This document shows, piece by piece, positions 35,721-64,000 of a stretch of DNA of 64,000 nt; position 1 is the stretch's first letter; each line of letters starts with the position of its first letter. The DNA is from Tubiluchus corallicola. Taxonomy: Eukaryota > Animalia > Priapulida. The translations under genes and the position numbers were made by a program. Location: assembly GCA_030141605.1 (NCBI GenBank), contig JAQGDQ010000194.1, positions 62,001 through 126,000 on the forward strand, in the 5' to 3' direction. The notes under the pieces are model-generated. The model was not told where the DNA came from and did no database searches. It saw only the letters and a program-made list of their open reading frames with translations.

Positions 35721-36217
35721 ATGTGACGATAATACTGCTGTGTATTGAGAACGGCTGATGAGCCTGTTATTTAAGGGTTATTTTACAAGAAACACAGCTA
35801 TAACCTCCAAAGAAGAAACGAATAATTGTGAGGAGGTTCTACAAGACCTAGTCACGGGAACGAGTTCAACGGGACAAGACCAACATCATGATAGATTTCT
35901 GTTTTAGTATCAGCCATTATTAACGTCGAAGTCGACCATTTCTGCGGCGACTGTGAGGTTTACGTATGTACCAGCTTACATGATTTGGTGCTTCATTAAT
36001 AGGAAATACTGCTGTTTGCACCGCATCAAATCATAAAACTCATGGTACGTATACAAAATACAATTATTGAGTTCAGTATAAGCTATCACTGTGACACTTT
36101 TTGTAGTTTTTTTTTAGATCGCACAGGCGTCGTTGATAGCATTTTAAGGCTCGTCGCGTGTGGACTTTGACCCGCGTGGCACTTCTGTGTTTGAATATTT
36201 AAACACTGTAAATTATA

Positions 36218-63330
<27,113 letters not shown>

Positions 63331-63480
63331 GTGAATAACAATTTTATTAAATATCTATTTATTAATATTCTTGGTATATCTTTAATAATTATCAGTCCAT
63401 GTAAGGTAAGCGAACGCTGATGTAATGTAGTGTATTAATTTAACAAATATTTACTTTAAATTTATTTGTTGCTATAAATA

Positions 63481-63915
63481 CAGGAGTCGCTTAATAGACT
63501 CACTGCAGGATGGAGGTGTTTTGACCCAAGTAACCGACTGATTCAGTTAGCTGAAGAGCATAGCCTATTACTACTATAGAAGTATGAGTCATCATCACTC
63601 ATCACCTTAGTATGCATTGCAAAGGCCTTAAATGAATTTTAGAAATTAATTTATATAGTTCGTGAAATGCTCATAATGATAAAATCGTTGAAAATCTGTT
63701 GCTGTATGCTGAACATGTTCATGCAAACCAGTTAGTCACTTAGTGCTTGAGCTGTAGTTGGTATCGACCTTGTTTCTCCTGTGAAAAGCAGCGGAAACTT
63801 CAAAAGCAAACTGCAGAGCAAGTGATTGAATGTTTAGCTTCCAAAAACAATGAGGTTAACTGCAGTTGACAAGCAGGTAACAGATTCAAAGCAAAACCAC
63901 CGCACTAGCATATTA
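63481..63915 (+). mobile_element. pogo/Tigger-like element, copy 2 (same family as 24699-25230); probably continues past the window
   Basis: Starts TA|CAGGAGTCGCTTAATAGACTCAC; shares collinear blocks with copy 1. Confidence 0.75.
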
Positions 63916-64000
63916 GTGCATATGATAAACATACTATACCTGCTTACAAACAAAGCCCTACTTAACATGTCTGTTTCTACATATATTATAGTGCACAAAA

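Overview
AT-rich animal genomic DNA, probably from a non-vertebrate (an inference from composition, intron sizes and repeat families). Three spliced protein-coding genes were reconstructed by hand from GT-AG splice sites and continuous reading frames. (1) A complete 13-exon bifunctional FAD synthase (FLAD1) on the minus strand, CDS 2586-14964 (485 aa), with an in-frame upstream ATG at 15042 that adds a presequence-like 26-aa extension. (2) A complete PRAS40/AKT1S1 (Lobe-like) gene with 9 coding exons on the plus strand, CDS 22483-31519 (401 aa), head-to-head with FLAD1. (3) A homeodomain-interacting protein kinase (HIPK) on the plus strand, starting at about 36218/36859 and running off the window end, with a 15.2-kb intron inside the kinase domain. 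Introns and intergenic DNA hold many transposon relics: a 5'-truncated RTE LINE with a perfect 10-bp TSD, pogo/Tc2 MITEs, hAT MITEs (one with a nested insertion), a THAP-bearing ISL2EU-like relic, decayed CR1/L2-type fragments and tandem repeats. I found no rRNA, intact tRNA or CRISPR array, and no demonstrably new biological system. The best leads are regulatory: dual-start FLAD1, a shared FLAD1/PRAS40 promoter, an extra Zn-binding N-terminal domain in PRAS40, a uORF-dense HIPK leader, a HIPK exon that would circularise into a stop-free ORF, and an 87-nt G-U-tolerant hairpin beside a hammerhead-like core in the HIPK intron.
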